From a virus (taxonomy: Duplodnaviria; Caudoviricetes): a stretch of 59,454 nt of DNA. Numbering within the stretch: the stretch's first letter is position 1; each line of letters begins with the position of its first letter. Both the position numbers and the translations under genes were made by a program. The DNA lies in the IMG/VR virus record IMGVR_UViG_3300014720_001630, positions 1 to 59,454 of that record; one strand, 5' to 3'. Positions 1 to 8,655 of this stretch are shown here, one piece after another. The notes beneath the pieces were generated by a model. It did not search any database, was not told where the DNA came from, and was given only the letters and a program-made list of their open reading frames with translations.

Positions 1-1
1 C

Positions 2-157
2 GCCGCGACCGACGCCGCGACCGACGCCGCGACCGCCGCCGCGACCTACGCCGCGACCGACGCCGCGACCGCCGCCGCGACCTACGCCGCGACCGTCGCC
101 GCGACCTACGCCGCGACCGCCGCCGCGACCTACGCCGCGACCGCCGCCGCGACCGAC
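2..157 (+). repeat. In-frame 12-bp tandem repeat GCCGCGACC(GAC/GCC/TAC/GTC), 13 visible units
   Basis: Read directly from the sequence. The variable codon runs D,D,A,Y,D,A,Y,V,Y,A,Y,A,D. Confidence 0.97.
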
Positions 158-862
158 GCCGCTAACACAAGCGCAGCGCGTGCCTGTTTTGATCTTGCGG
201 GCGCACTCGGCGTGGCGTGCGCGAAGAACTGGTACAACGTGTACCAAGGCGGCAACATGTGGGCGTACTACGACTGCTATTTGAGCTCGGCGCGCGACAT
301 TCTCGGCTTGCGTTTCAAGGAGCACGACGCCTACGCGCATTGGGAGCAGGCCGCGATCCACGGCGGCTTCCGCGTCATGCATCCCGAGTTCTGCATGGTG
401 TCGGACTTCCCCGAAGTGCTGCGCGTGGACGACCGCAACCGTCCGCATTGCGAGACGGGACCGAGCCACCGCTGGCGCGACGGGTGGTCGCTGTATCACT
501 GGCATGGCGTCCGCATTCCGGCGGAGTGGATCGAGGATCGCAAGAGCCTGACGGCGGCGGTGGCGCTCAAGTGCGAGAATGTCGAGCAGCGCCGTGCCGC
601 GTGCGAAATCCTCGGGTGGTCTGCTATCTTGCGCGAGCTTAACGCACGGGAGATCGACGCGGATGACGACCCCGAGATCGGCACGCTGGTCGAGGTCGAG
701 TTGCCAGATGCAGGCAAGGAGCGGTTCTTGCGGGTGCTCTGCGGTACGAAGCGCGAGTTCGCTCTGCCCGTGCCCCGCGAGATGCGGACGGCGCTTGAGG
801 CGCAGGCGTGGACCTGGGGGCTGGATGGCAAGACGTTCGTGAAACCCGAAGTGCGGACCTGA
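2..862 (+). CDS. DUF6745-like protein with N-terminal AAT(D/A/Y/V) repeat; 5'-truncated by the window edge
   Basis: The frame of ORF 212..862 is open back to base 2. The C-terminal part has RPHCETGPSHRWRDGWSLYHWHGV...ENVEQRR...CGT..EF.L.VP...A.EAQAWTW, which is typical of DUF6745-type proteins. Confidence 0.75.
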   Translation, partial: AATDAATDAATAAATYAATDAATAAATYAATVAATYAATAAATYAATAAATDAANTSAARACFDLAGALGVACAKNWYNVYQGGNMWAYYDCYLSSARDILGLRFKEHDAYAHWEQAAIHGGFRVMHPEFCMVSDFPEVLRVDDRNRPHCETGPSHRWRDGWSLYHWHGVRIPAEWIEDRKSLTAAVALKCENVEQRRAACEILGWSAILRELNAREIDADDDPEIGTLVEVELPDAGKERFLRVLCGTKREFALPVPREMRTALEAQAWTWGLDGKTFVKPEVRT

Positions 863-894
863 GAAATCGGACCTAAGAAAGAAGGAGAGAGAAC

Positions 895-1233
895 ATGCGG
901 ACTTTCAAGAACGTGTGCGCGCAGGGCGACGTGTACATCCGGCGCATCGACAAGCTGCCGGAGGCGGCGGTGCCGGTGCCGGCGGAGAAGGGCGTCGTGG
1001 TCGTGGCGCACAGCGAAACGGGACACAACCACGTCATGGAGGCCGACACCGTGACGCTGCACCGGCTGCCGGACAGCATCATGGACTGCTTCCTTGAGGT
1101 GAATGAACCCACGGCGCTGGAGCACCTGCGGCCGACGGACACGCACGAGCCGATCATGTTCGAGAAGGGCGTCTACCATGTGCGGCGGCAACGCGAGCAC
1201 ACGCCGGAAGGCTGGCGCCGCGTGGAGGACTGA
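895..1233 (+). CDS. QGDV-motif protein (usual partner of DUF6745-like genes)
   Basis: AAGGAG SD upstream. Motifs QGDVYI, AHSETGHNH, L.H....H..I....GVY.VRRQRE, GWRRVED. Confidence 0.8.
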   Translation: MRTFKNVCAQGDVYIRRIDKLPEAAVPVPAEKGVVVVAHSETGHNHVMEADTVTLHRLPDSIMDCFLEVNEPTALEHLRPTDTHEPIMFEKGVYHVRRQREHTPEGWRRVED

Positions 1234-1234
1234 C

Positions 1235-1345
1235 ATGCACGGCCCGCTGTCGGTCGGCGCTGTGTGGTCGCGGCTTGTGGCTGCGGCGTCGGCGTGGGCG
1301 GCGCGCGGCTGGCGGCGGGCGGTGTATGTGTGGAGGACGCGATGA
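1235..1345 (+). CDS. Small hypothetical protein (36 aa)
   Basis: ATG 1 nt after the previous stop, GGAGG upstream, ATGA overlap with the next gene. Confidence 0.45.
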   Translation: MHGPLSVGAVWSRLVAAASAWAARGWRRAVYVWRTR

Positions 1346-1524
1346 CCGACATATTCCAAGCACGCGACCGGCTGCTGCGGGCGGTGGTTGCGGAGATGGA
1401 CGCGCGGGCGGCTATCGACACCGACGACTTCAACGGCGCCGCGTACATGGACGCGCAGACCGAGCGGCTTGAGGCGGCGAAGGCGTATTGGGAATTGGCG
1501 AGGGGGCGGAAGTGGCCGGAGTAG
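1342..1524 (+). CDS. Hypothetical protein (MTDIFQARD...)
   Basis: GGAGG SD and coupled start. Confidence 0.65.
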   Translation: MTDIFQARDRLLRAVVAEMDARAAIDTDDFNGAAYMDAQTERLEAAKAYWELARGRKWPE

Positions 1525-1784
1525 CCAAGCGCCCCCGCGGTCGCCCGAAAGGCGGCGTTGGCCTCATGGTGTTCGTGTCGCCGGACGTGGAGGCATGGGT
1601 GCGGCGCGAGGCGGCAAGGACGCGCGTGCCGGCGACACATATCGTGGAGTTGGCGCTGCTGCGCCTGATGCACTCGCGGCCGGAGTCGGGGCTTGCGGAG
1701 TTGCGCGAGGTCAAGAGTACGGGGTCGCGCGTCCGCGCGGCGCTGGTCAACCCCGCGGTGCGGGCGGCTTTGGAGGGAAGGTAG
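1512..1784 (+). CDS. Putative ribbon-helix-helix DNA-binding protein with an AT-hook-like N-terminus
   Basis: KRPRGRPK followed by a strand-helix-helix pattern (LMVFVSPDVEAWVRREAARTRVPATHIVELAL). Confidence 0.55.
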   Translation: MAGVAKRPRGRPKGGVGLMVFVSPDVEAWVRREAARTRVPATHIVELALLRLMHSRPESGLAELREVKSTGSRVRAALVNPAVRAALEGR

Positions 1785-1785
1785 T

Positions 1786-2205
1786 ATGGCTGGAGTCAAC
1801 GTCGCAATTTTGCTTGGCAATGTCGGGAAAGACCCCGAGATTCGGACGATGCAGAACGGCGACAAGGTGGCGAACTTCTCGCTTGCCACGTCGGAATCGT
1901 GGAAGGACAAGACCACGGGCGAGCGCGTGGATCGCGTGGAATGGCATCGCGTCTCGGTATTCGGCCCGCTTGCCGACATCGTGGAACGCTACGTCAAGAA
2001 GGGCAGCAAGCTGCACTTGATGGGCAAGATCCAGACGCGCAAGTGGACGGACAACGCGGGTGTCGAGAAATACACGACCGAGATCGTGTTGCAGAAGATG
2101 GGCGGAAGCCTCACGCTGCTAGACAAGAAGCCCGACGGCGCGGATGCCGGACATGCGCCCGCTGCCGGCGGCGGCTCGGCGATCGACGACCAGATTCCTT
2201 TTTGA
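1786..2205 (+). CDS. ssb: Single-stranded DNA-binding protein
   Basis: LLGNVGKDPE, FSLATSESWKDK, EWHRV, VKKGSK, acidic DDQIPF tail. Confidence 0.97.
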   Translation: MAGVNVAILLGNVGKDPEIRTMQNGDKVANFSLATSESWKDKTTGERVDRVEWHRVSVFGPLADIVERYVKKGSKLHLMGKIQTRKWTDNAGVEKYTTEIVLQKMGGSLTLLDKKPDGADAGHAPAAGGGSAIDDQIPF

Positions 2206-2212
2206 GGGAGGC

Positions 2213-2467
2213 ATGAACATGCGCGGCCCCTACCCGACAGTGATGAGCGGCAACGCGAGCAAGCTCAAGCGCGGCGAGCATTACGAGAGCGAGCGCGACA
2301 CGCTGCTCCAGCGCAACGACGTGTGCAAGCACGGATACGCGCTTGAGGCGGCAGGCGTCGTCTACGAGGACGACCCGCGTTCCCTGGCCGAGCCCCGGCG
2401 CGTGGTGACGGTGCGGCGCACGGGCCACGAGACGAGCTACGGCGTGCCGAGCGGGTGGGGACAGTGA
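2213..2467 (+). CDS. Hypothetical protein
   Basis: GGGAGG SD and tight packing. Confidence 0.65.
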   Translation: MNMRGPYPTVMSGNASKLKRGEHYESERDTLLQRNDVCKHGYALEAAGVVYEDDPRSLAEPRRVVTVRRTGHETSYGVPSGWGQ

Positions 2468-2790
2468 CCGACCCCACCTACCACAACGCCGACGAGCAGC
2501 AGGTCGCGGCATCGCGGATGATCGCGGACATGCTCGCCGAGTTCATGCGCGCGGCCCGCAAGGTGTCGGAGCGATGGGTGATCGAGGGCCAGCAGGGGCA
2601 GCCGCCGGACTGGTGGCTCATCATGGCCGTGCTGCATTGCGTCGAGGGCATCCGGCAGCAGCAGGGCGGCGCCGTGACGCAAGAGTACGCGGACCAACTG
2701 CGGCTCATCACGGACACGGCGGCGGCCGGCAACCCGCTGTTCGTGACGACGAGCAAGGCGAATCATGCGGGCACGGGGACGGTACAGTGA
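2464..2790 (+). CDS. Hypothetical protein
   Basis: GTGA overlap with the upstream gene and typical codon usage. Confidence 0.65.
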   Translation: MTDPTYHNADEQQVAASRMIADMLAEFMRAARKVSERWVIEGQQGQPPDWWLIMAVLHCVEGIRQQQGGAVTQEYADQLRLITDTAAAGNPLFVTTSKANHAGTGTVQ

Positions 2791-2990
2791 TCTTGGTCGT
2801 CACCCAAGACCCCCGCCAGCCCGTGCGCACGGTGCGCTGCCTCGGGACGCGCGGCGACATGGCGACGATGCAGATCGACCATCGCGTGCAGGAGGTCACG
2901 ATCACGCCGGGCACCGCGCGGTTCGTGTTGGAGAGCCAGATGGCGCGAGCGGTCGCCGACCACGAGGCGCAGCGTGCCGCCGAAACTTGA
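2787..2990 (+). CDS. Hypothetical protein
   Basis: GTGA overlap; fills the gap before terL. Confidence 0.55.
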   Translation: MILVVTQDPRQPVRTVRCLGTRGDMATMQIDHRVQEVTITPGTARFVLESQMARAVADHEAQRAAET

Positions 2991-4617
2991 CATAGACCCG
3001 CACAAGGCTGCGGCGGAGTTGCTGGCTCGGCGCAAGGCGACGGAGAGCTTGCACGAGTTTGTCAAGAACGCATGGGCTCAAGTCGAGGGCGGCCGAGAAT
3101 TTACAGACGGCTGGCATGTGCAGGCTATTGCAGAACATCTTGAGGCCGTGCATCGCGGAGAGATTAGAAATCTCTTAATTAATATTCCACCGAGGTTCAG
3201 TAAAAGTTCGCTTTGCTGCGTCTACTTTCCAGTTTGGTGCTGGATTCAGAACCCATCTTTGCAATGGGTATTTAGTTCTTACGCCTTCGACCTGACGCGC
3301 CGAGACAACGTGCGCTCGCGGCGCCTGATCGACAGCCGTTGGTTTCAGGCAAGGTGGGGAAATCTTTTTTCTCTGTCGGGCGACCAGAACACCAAGGAGC
3401 GGGTAGAGAACGATCAAGGCGGCCATCGCATCGCAACGTCCGTTGACGCGCGGACTATGGGCGACGGCGGAGATCTGGTTATCGTTGACGATCCGAACGA
3501 CAGCCGCAACCTAAGCGATCAAGTGCTTGAGAGCACGCTGTCTTGGTGGACTGACGTTATGCCGACGCGCCTCAACAACTTCAAAACCGGCAAGCGAGTC
3601 GTCATCCAACAGCGGCTTCACGAACGCGATCTGACCGGCCACATTCTCAAAACCGAGAAAGAAGATTGGGTGCATCTCTGTTTGGCAATGGAGTTTGAGC
3701 CCAAAAGCCGGTGCGTAACGGTTCCTCTGCCGAGCACGAAGGGGCGCAAGTGGGCAGACCCGCGGACTGTAGAAGGCGAGTTGCTTTGCGAAGCGCGTGT
3801 CGGCCCGAAGGAATTGAAGGTTCTCAAGCGAGGCCTGGCATCCAGTTACGCGATCGCCGGCCAGCTTCAACAGCGCCCCGCCCCCGAGGCCGGCGGCATG
3901 TTCAAGCGCGAGTGGTTCCGCAAATGGACCGCGCCGCAGAGCCCCAAGCTGGAGATGGTGCTGACGAGTTGGGACACGGCGCTGTCGGAGAAGGACAAGG
4001 CGGCGTACTCGGCCTGCACGGTCTGGGGCGTGTTCATGCGCAACTACCAAGACGAGCGGGAGTGGATGCAGGGCGCGACCCCTGGGGACACCGACGCACT
4101 TGGCAGGGTGCCGAACCTGTTGCTGCTCAACTGCTTCCGCGGCAGGTGGGAGTACCCGGAACTGCGGCGCATCATGTCGAACATGGCGAAGGACTACCGC
4201 TGCGACGTGCTCGGCGCCGTGCCCGACAAGGACCGCAAGTACAAGCCGGACATGAATCTGGTCGAGGGCAAGGCGTCGGGCATTTCGGTTACGCAGGAAT
4301 TGAGCCGGACGGGCGAGGTGTTTACGAAGTTCGTGCCCGACAAATTCGGCGACAAGATGCAGCGCGTGCGGCTCATTACGCACCTTATCGAAGCCGGTCG
4401 CGTGTGGCTGCCGGTGCGGCCGGACGGCGAGTACAAGGGGTATGCCAAGCTCTTGCTGGACCAATGCCTGCTGTTCCCCAACGCCGAGAGCCGCGACATC
4501 GTGGACACGCTGACGCAGGCGTTGCTGCGGCTGCAATACTCGGGTTGGATCGCGCACCCCGAGGATCCGGGCGAGCCGGCGGACATGGCGCCTGCGGAGG
4601 ATGGACCGCTGTATTGA
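2974..4617 (+). CDS. terL: Terminase large subunit
   Basis: Walker A-like NIPPRFSKS, Walker B LVIVDDP, QQRLHERDL, nuclease SWDTA, VEGKASG and FPNAESRDIVD. Confidence 0.96.
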   Translation: MPPKLDIDPHKAAAELLARRKATESLHEFVKNAWAQVEGGREFTDGWHVQAIAEHLEAVHRGEIRNLLINIPPRFSKSSLCCVYFPVWCWIQNPSLQWVFSSYAFDLTRRDNVRSRRLIDSRWFQARWGNLFSLSGDQNTKERVENDQGGHRIATSVDARTMGDGGDLVIVDDPNDSRNLSDQVLESTLSWWTDVMPTRLNNFKTGKRVVIQQRLHERDLTGHILKTEKEDWVHLCLAMEFEPKSRCVTVPLPSTKGRKWADPRTVEGELLCEARVGPKELKVLKRGLASSYAIAGQLQQRPAPEAGGMFKREWFRKWTAPQSPKLEMVLTSWDTALSEKDKAAYSACTVWGVFMRNYQDEREWMQGATPGDTDALGRVPNLLLLNCFRGRWEYPELRRIMSNMAKDYRCDVLGAVPDKDRKYKPDMNLVEGKASGISVTQELSRTGEVFTKFVPDKFGDKMQRVRLITHLIEAGRVWLPVRPDGEYKGYAKLLLDQCLLFPNAESRDIVDTLTQALLRLQYSGWIAHPEDPGEPADMAPAEDGPLY

Positions 4618-4626
4618 GGTCAGGCG

Positions 4627-4656
4627 TTGCACGGCCCCAAGGGGTTGTGCTAGGGT
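4627..4656 (+). promoter_or_regulatory. Possible sigma70-type promoter for the portal operon
   Basis: TTGCAC-N18-TAGGGT with an extended TG, in the only gap between terL and portal. Confidence 0.4.
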
Positions 4657-4689
4657 CCATATCTGGTATCCCACGGACCTAGGAACCAT

Positions 4690-7137
4690 ATGCCTCCGCG
4701 CGCCCGCCGCCAGCAGACAGACAAGGCCGAGCCCGGCGACCCGCTCGTGTTCGACGCGGGCCGGGCGATTGTCGAGGCGGCGCAAGGTCCGGCTGACGTA
4801 GAGGTGCCGCTTGGCGGCCCCGAGATCGTGGACGGCGCCGCGGCGACCGACATGGAAGATGGCAGCGTCGAGATCGACCTTGACCCGCAGGCGCCGGCGC
4901 TCAACACAGGTGCCGACCTCCCCTTCGATGCCAACCTCGCCGCCGTCCTGACCGATCAGGAAAAGAGCGACATCGCCAACAAGTTGTCGGAGCAGATCGA
5001 GGCCGACTGGCAAAGCTCGACGGAATGGCGCGACCAGACGGCGCAGGGCATCAAACTTCTCGGCCTCAAGATCGAGGATCTGGACTTCCCGTTCAAAGGT
5101 GCCGCCGCCGTCACCGAGTCCGTCATGCTCGACGCGCTCGTGCGGTATCAGGCGAACGCGAGTGCGGAGATGCTGCCGCCGCAAGGGCCGGTCAAGTCGG
5201 CGATCCTTGGCGTGGCGACGGAGCAGCGCGAGGAGCGGGCGTCCCGCAAACAGCAGTTCTTCAACTGGTTCTTGACCGAGGAATCGCCCGAGTTCTACCC
5301 CGACTACGACCAGATGCTCCTGTGGCACGGGCTCGTCGGGAGCACGTTCAAGAAGGTCTACTACGACCCGCTGATGGGCCGCGCGGTGTCGCCGTTCCTG
5401 ACGCCCAACGACCTGATCGTCTCCTACAACACGACCGACATCGCCACCTGCCCGCGCGTCACGCACAAGATCGATATGTACCAGCGCGACGTGCGCGCCA
5501 TGCAGAAGTCGGGACAGTGGCTCGACGTGACGCTGCCGACCCCGGACCAGACGACGAGTGCGAACCAGTCCACGGTGTCGATGGCTGTCGATCGCGTGGA
5601 AGGCAAGCAGCCCGTCATCCCCGAGAACGACGACCGGATGCCGATCTACGAGAGCCATGTGGATCTCGACATCCCGCAGTTCGCCCACATGATCGACGGG
5701 AAGAAGTCGGGCATCCCGATTCCGTACCGCGTCGTGATCGAGAAGGAGAGCCAGAAGGTTCTCGCGGTCTACCGCAACTGGAAGCCGAACGACCCGAAGT
5801 TCCGCAAGCGCAACTATTTCGTCCACTACAAATTCCTGCCGGGCCTCGGCTTCTACGGCTTCGGCCTCGTCCATCTGCTCGGCCAGCAGACCAAGACCGC
5901 CACGACCGCGCTGCGTCAGTTGCTCGACGCCGGCACGCTGGTCAACTTCCCCGGCGGCGTCCGCATGAAGGGCGTGCGGATGACGAAGAACAACATCCGC
6001 ATCGGGCCGACGGAGTTCCCCGAGGTGGACACGGGCGGCATGCCGCTCGACCAAGCCATCAAGCCGCTGCCGTACAAAGAGCCCTCGCAGCAGTTGCGCG
6101 AGTTGCGGCGCGAGATCGTGGAGGACGCGCGGCGCACGGCCAACACGTCGGAGATCGCGGTCGGCGACGGACGGCAGGACGCGCCGGTCGGCACGACGAT
6201 GGCGCTTCTGGAAGCCGCCACGCGCGTCGAGTCCGGCGTGGTCAAGCGGCTGCATCGGTCCATGCGGCAGGAGTTGCGCCTGTTCGCCGAGTTGTTCGGC
6301 GAGTACCTGCCTGCCAATGCGCCCTATCCGTTCCCCGTGCAGGGCGGCATGGCGGCGGTCACGCGCAACGACTTCCTCGACAACAGCGACATCGTGCCCG
6401 TGTCGGACCCCAACTACGGTTCCGGCACGCAGCGTTTCGTGCGCGCCGAGGCGCGACTGCGCATGGCGATGCAGGCCCCGCAGCTTCACAACATGCACGA
6501 GGCGTATCGCCAATTTTATGTGGCGATGAACACCGACCCGTCCGAGATCGACCGCCTGCTGCCGATGCCGCAGCAAGCCATGCCGATGGACCCCGTTTCC
6601 GAGAACATGGCCGTGATGACAGGCAAGCCCGTCGCCGTGGGGCCGTGGCAGGACGACGAGGCGCATATCATGGTGCATACGGCGCTGGCGCAGGATCCTG
6701 CGATGGCGGCGCACATTTCCGAGCATATGGCGCAAGCGTTCCGCAAGAAGATCGAGAAGGTGCTTGGCATCCCGCTGCCGCCGCCCGGCATGCAGTTGCC
6801 GCCCGAGATCGAGAACCAGGTTGCGATGCTCACGGCCAAGGCGGCTGAAATCCTCAAGGCGCAGTCCGGTGCGCCGGGCACGCCGACGGACCCGCAGATG
6901 GCCGCCGTTCTGGCCGAGGCTCAGTCGCGGGCGCAGGAGGTCAAGGGCCGCTTGGAAGTGGCGATGATTAACGCCGCGTCCGACCGCTACAAGACCGACG
7001 TGAAGCGCGACACGGAACTTGCGCGCATGGCAAGCCGCGAGCGGACGGAGCGCGTCAAGGCGTTCGCGTCCGTCGCCGACAATCTCAATCCCGCCCGGCC
7101 CGAGGCCGAGGCAATCCTGACAAGGAGACTGCAATGA
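4690..7137 (+). CDS. Portal protein
   Basis: Follows terL, 815 aa. Motifs GSTFKKVYYD, FVHYKFLPGLGFYGFGL, LRQLLDAGT, APVGTTMALLE. Confidence 0.9.
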   Translation: MPPRARRQQTDKAEPGDPLVFDAGRAIVEAAQGPADVEVPLGGPEIVDGAAATDMEDGSVEIDLDPQAPALNTGADLPFDANLAAVLTDQEKSDIANKLSEQIEADWQSSTEWRDQTAQGIKLLGLKIEDLDFPFKGAAAVTESVMLDALVRYQANASAEMLPPQGPVKSAILGVATEQREERASRKQQFFNWFLTEESPEFYPDYDQMLLWHGLVGSTFKKVYYDPLMGRAVSPFLTPNDLIVSYNTTDIATCPRVTHKIDMYQRDVRAMQKSGQWLDVTLPTPDQTTSANQSTVSMAVDRVEGKQPVIPENDDRMPIYESHVDLDIPQFAHMIDGKKSGIPIPYRVVIEKESQKVLAVYRNWKPNDPKFRKRNYFVHYKFLPGLGFYGFGLVHLLGQQTKTATTALRQLLDAGTLVNFPGGVRMKGVRMTKNNIRIGPTEFPEVDTGGMPLDQAIKPLPYKEPSQQLRELRREIVEDARRTANTSEIAVGDGRQDAPVGTTMALLEAATRVESGVVKRLHRSMRQELRLFAELFGEYLPANAPYPFPVQGGMAAVTRNDFLDNSDIVPVSDPNYGSGTQRFVRAEARLRMAMQAPQLHNMHEAYRQFYVAMNTDPSEIDRLLPMPQQAMPMDPVSENMAVMTGKPVAVGPWQDDEAHIMVHTALAQDPAMAAHISEHMAQAFRKKIEKVLGIPLPPPGMQLPPEIENQVAMLTAKAAEILKAQSGAPGTPTDPQMAAVLAEAQSRAQEVKGRLEVAMINAASDRYKTDVKRDTELARMASRERTERVKAFASVADNLNPARPEAEAILTRRLQ

Positions 7138-7586
7138 AGGACCGTCTGGACTCGCGGCGCAAGGCGGCTGCGGCACTCATGGGCAACGGTGGCCCGCGCT
7201 CGAACCTCGCGATGGAGATGGGCGGCCTCAACAAGCCGGCGGCGCGCGTCGTGCCCAAGGGTCCGGCCGACGTGTACAAGCGGCCGACGGGCAAGGAAGC
7301 CGGTTCCGAGATGGGCGCCTATGCGCGCGGCGGGAAGGTGAAGGCCATGTCGGCGCCGCGCGGCATGGTCGCGCGCATGATGGAGCGCGACAAGCGGGCG
7401 GACAAGGAGACGGTCAAGAAGGCCGTGCATCGCCATGAATCGCATCTCCATAAGGGGCAGCCCAAGACGCGGCTCAAGGACGGCGGCAAGGTCGGCCACT
7501 ACGCCATCGGCGGTGCTGCCAAGGTGCGGCAGGGCCACGGCCAGAAGGTCGCCAAGTCGCCGCGCGGCGGCAACCCGCAGTATTAG
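7134..7586 (+). CDS. Basic virion-associated protein with three Phi-xx-GG motifs
   Basis: ATGA overlap. Contains YARGGKV, LKDGGKV and YAIGGAA. Confidence 0.75.
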   Translation: MKDRLDSRRKAAAALMGNGGPRSNLAMEMGGLNKPAARVVPKGPADVYKRPTGKEAGSEMGAYARGGKVKAMSAPRGMVARMMERDKRADKETVKKAVHRHESHLHKGQPKTRLKDGGKVGHYAIGGAAKVRQGHGQKVAKSPRGGNPQY

Positions 7587-7595
7587 GAGGCGCGC

Positions 7596-7691
7596 ATGAA
7601 AAAGATGCAGCCCGCAAAGCCGAAGATGATGCGCAAGTCGGCGAAGGTGCCGAAGATTCCCATGCCCATGAAGAAGGGCGGGAAGTGCTGA
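7596..7691 (+). CDS. 31-aa Lys/Met-rich micro-protein (not in the ORF track)
   Basis: AGGAGG SD. Translates MKKMQPAKPKMMRKSAKVPKIPMPMKKGGKC. Its stop overlaps the next ATG. Confidence 0.7.
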   Translation: MKKMQPAKPKMMRKSAKVPKIPMPMKKGGKC

Positions 7692-7921
7692 TGCTTGCGC
7701 TGCGCAAGACCGAGGAGAACGAACGCCCGTACACGATCCGCATGTCGCTGGTCGAGGAGCGACTTCTCGCCACCGTGATGGTGATGATAAATATTGGCGA
7801 AGAAAAAGAAATCTGGAACACCTGCTCGCATATGTGCGCGGGCCACGGGCTCAACGAGGAACAGTCGCGGCGCGTGGTTGCTGCGGCCTTCGAGCGCGCA
7901 AAGCGAAAAATGGGGTACTGA
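7691..7921 (+). CDS. Hypothetical protein
   Basis: TGATG coupling at both ends. Confidence 0.6.
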   Translation: MLALRKTEENERPYTIRMSLVEERLLATVMVMINIGEEKEIWNTCSHMCAGHGLNEEQSRRVVAAAFERAKRKMGY

Positions 7922-8160
7922 TGATCGAGAAGCTGCGCGCTGCCGCTCTCGAAAAAATCGAGGCGGCCCGAAGCCAAACGCTGCTCGACCTCGTGCAATT
8001 GAAATGCACGTCGATGCAGGAACTCGGCGAGCGCCACACGATGCTCAAGTCCAAGTACGAAGGGCTCGGCGAGGCGGCGCGGCTTATCGAGGAAGCGCAC
8101 GCCGAACTGCTCGGCAAGGAAGATGACGCGGAAACACCGGAGAAGGGGCCATACGAATGA
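7921..8160 (+). CDS. Small helical head-module protein
   Basis: TGATG coupling. Y..L.EA..LIEE pattern, directly before the GroES-like gene. Confidence 0.7.
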   Translation: MIEKLRAAALEKIEAARSQTLLDLVQLKCTSMQELGERHTMLKSKYEGLGEAARLIEEAHAELLGKEDDAETPEKGPYE

Positions 8161-8645
8161 GTGCCGCAAAGAGCAAGACAAGCTACATCGAGGATCACGA
8201 GGTCGAGGAGGCGAACAAGGTCGTCGCCGACCAGATGCTCGCACTCACGGGCAAGGCGGAACTCCCGCGCCCGTGCGGTCCCTGGATCGCGGTCAAGATC
8301 TACATCCGGCCGGAAGAACTCAAGACGATCACCGACGACACGGGCAAGACCGTGACGCTCTACCTGCCGGACCAGTCGCGCGCGTCGGACAAGTGGACGA
8401 ACTGCGTCGGCCTCGTCGTCGGCATGGGTCCGGGCGCCTACACCGGCCAGAACGCGGACGGCAGCGCGCGCTTCCCCGAGGGTGCGTGGTGCCGCATCGG
8501 CGATTTCGTGGTGTTCCCGCGCTACGAGGGTCAGGTGTTCATGTGGCGCGGTGTCGCCATGATGCTGATCTACGACGACAAGGTGCAGATGGTGGTGGCC
8601 GACCCGACCGAGGTGCAGGCCGGCCACACGATCGACAAGTTCTGA
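8157..8645 (+). CDS. GroES-like co-chaperonin
   Basis: PRPCGPWIAVK, LYLPD, GLVVGMGPGAY, WCRIGDFVVFPRYEG, LIYDDKVQMVV align with the Cpn10 pattern. Confidence 0.85.
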   Translation: MSAAKSKTSYIEDHEVEEANKVVADQMLALTGKAELPRPCGPWIAVKIYIRPEELKTITDDTGKTVTLYLPDQSRASDKWTNCVGLVVGMGPGAYTGQNADGSARFPEGAWCRIGDFVVFPRYEGQVFMWRGVAMMLIYDDKVQMVVADPTEVQAGHTIDKF

Positions 8646-8655
8646 GGAGGCGTAA

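Noticed and set aside
2-157. Repeat as a CRISPR array or DGR variable region (all variable codons are NNC, as AAC-derived codons would be)
   Set aside because: There are no spacers or cas genes. The adenine of ACC is invariant, and no reverse transcriptase or template repeat is present in the window.
3511-7176. Very long antisense ORFs (also 10512-13169, 30388-33384, 36106-39018, 43614-46745)
   Set aside because: They are shadow frames opposite well-supported genes in GC-rich, codon-biased DNA, and their translations show no protein motifs.
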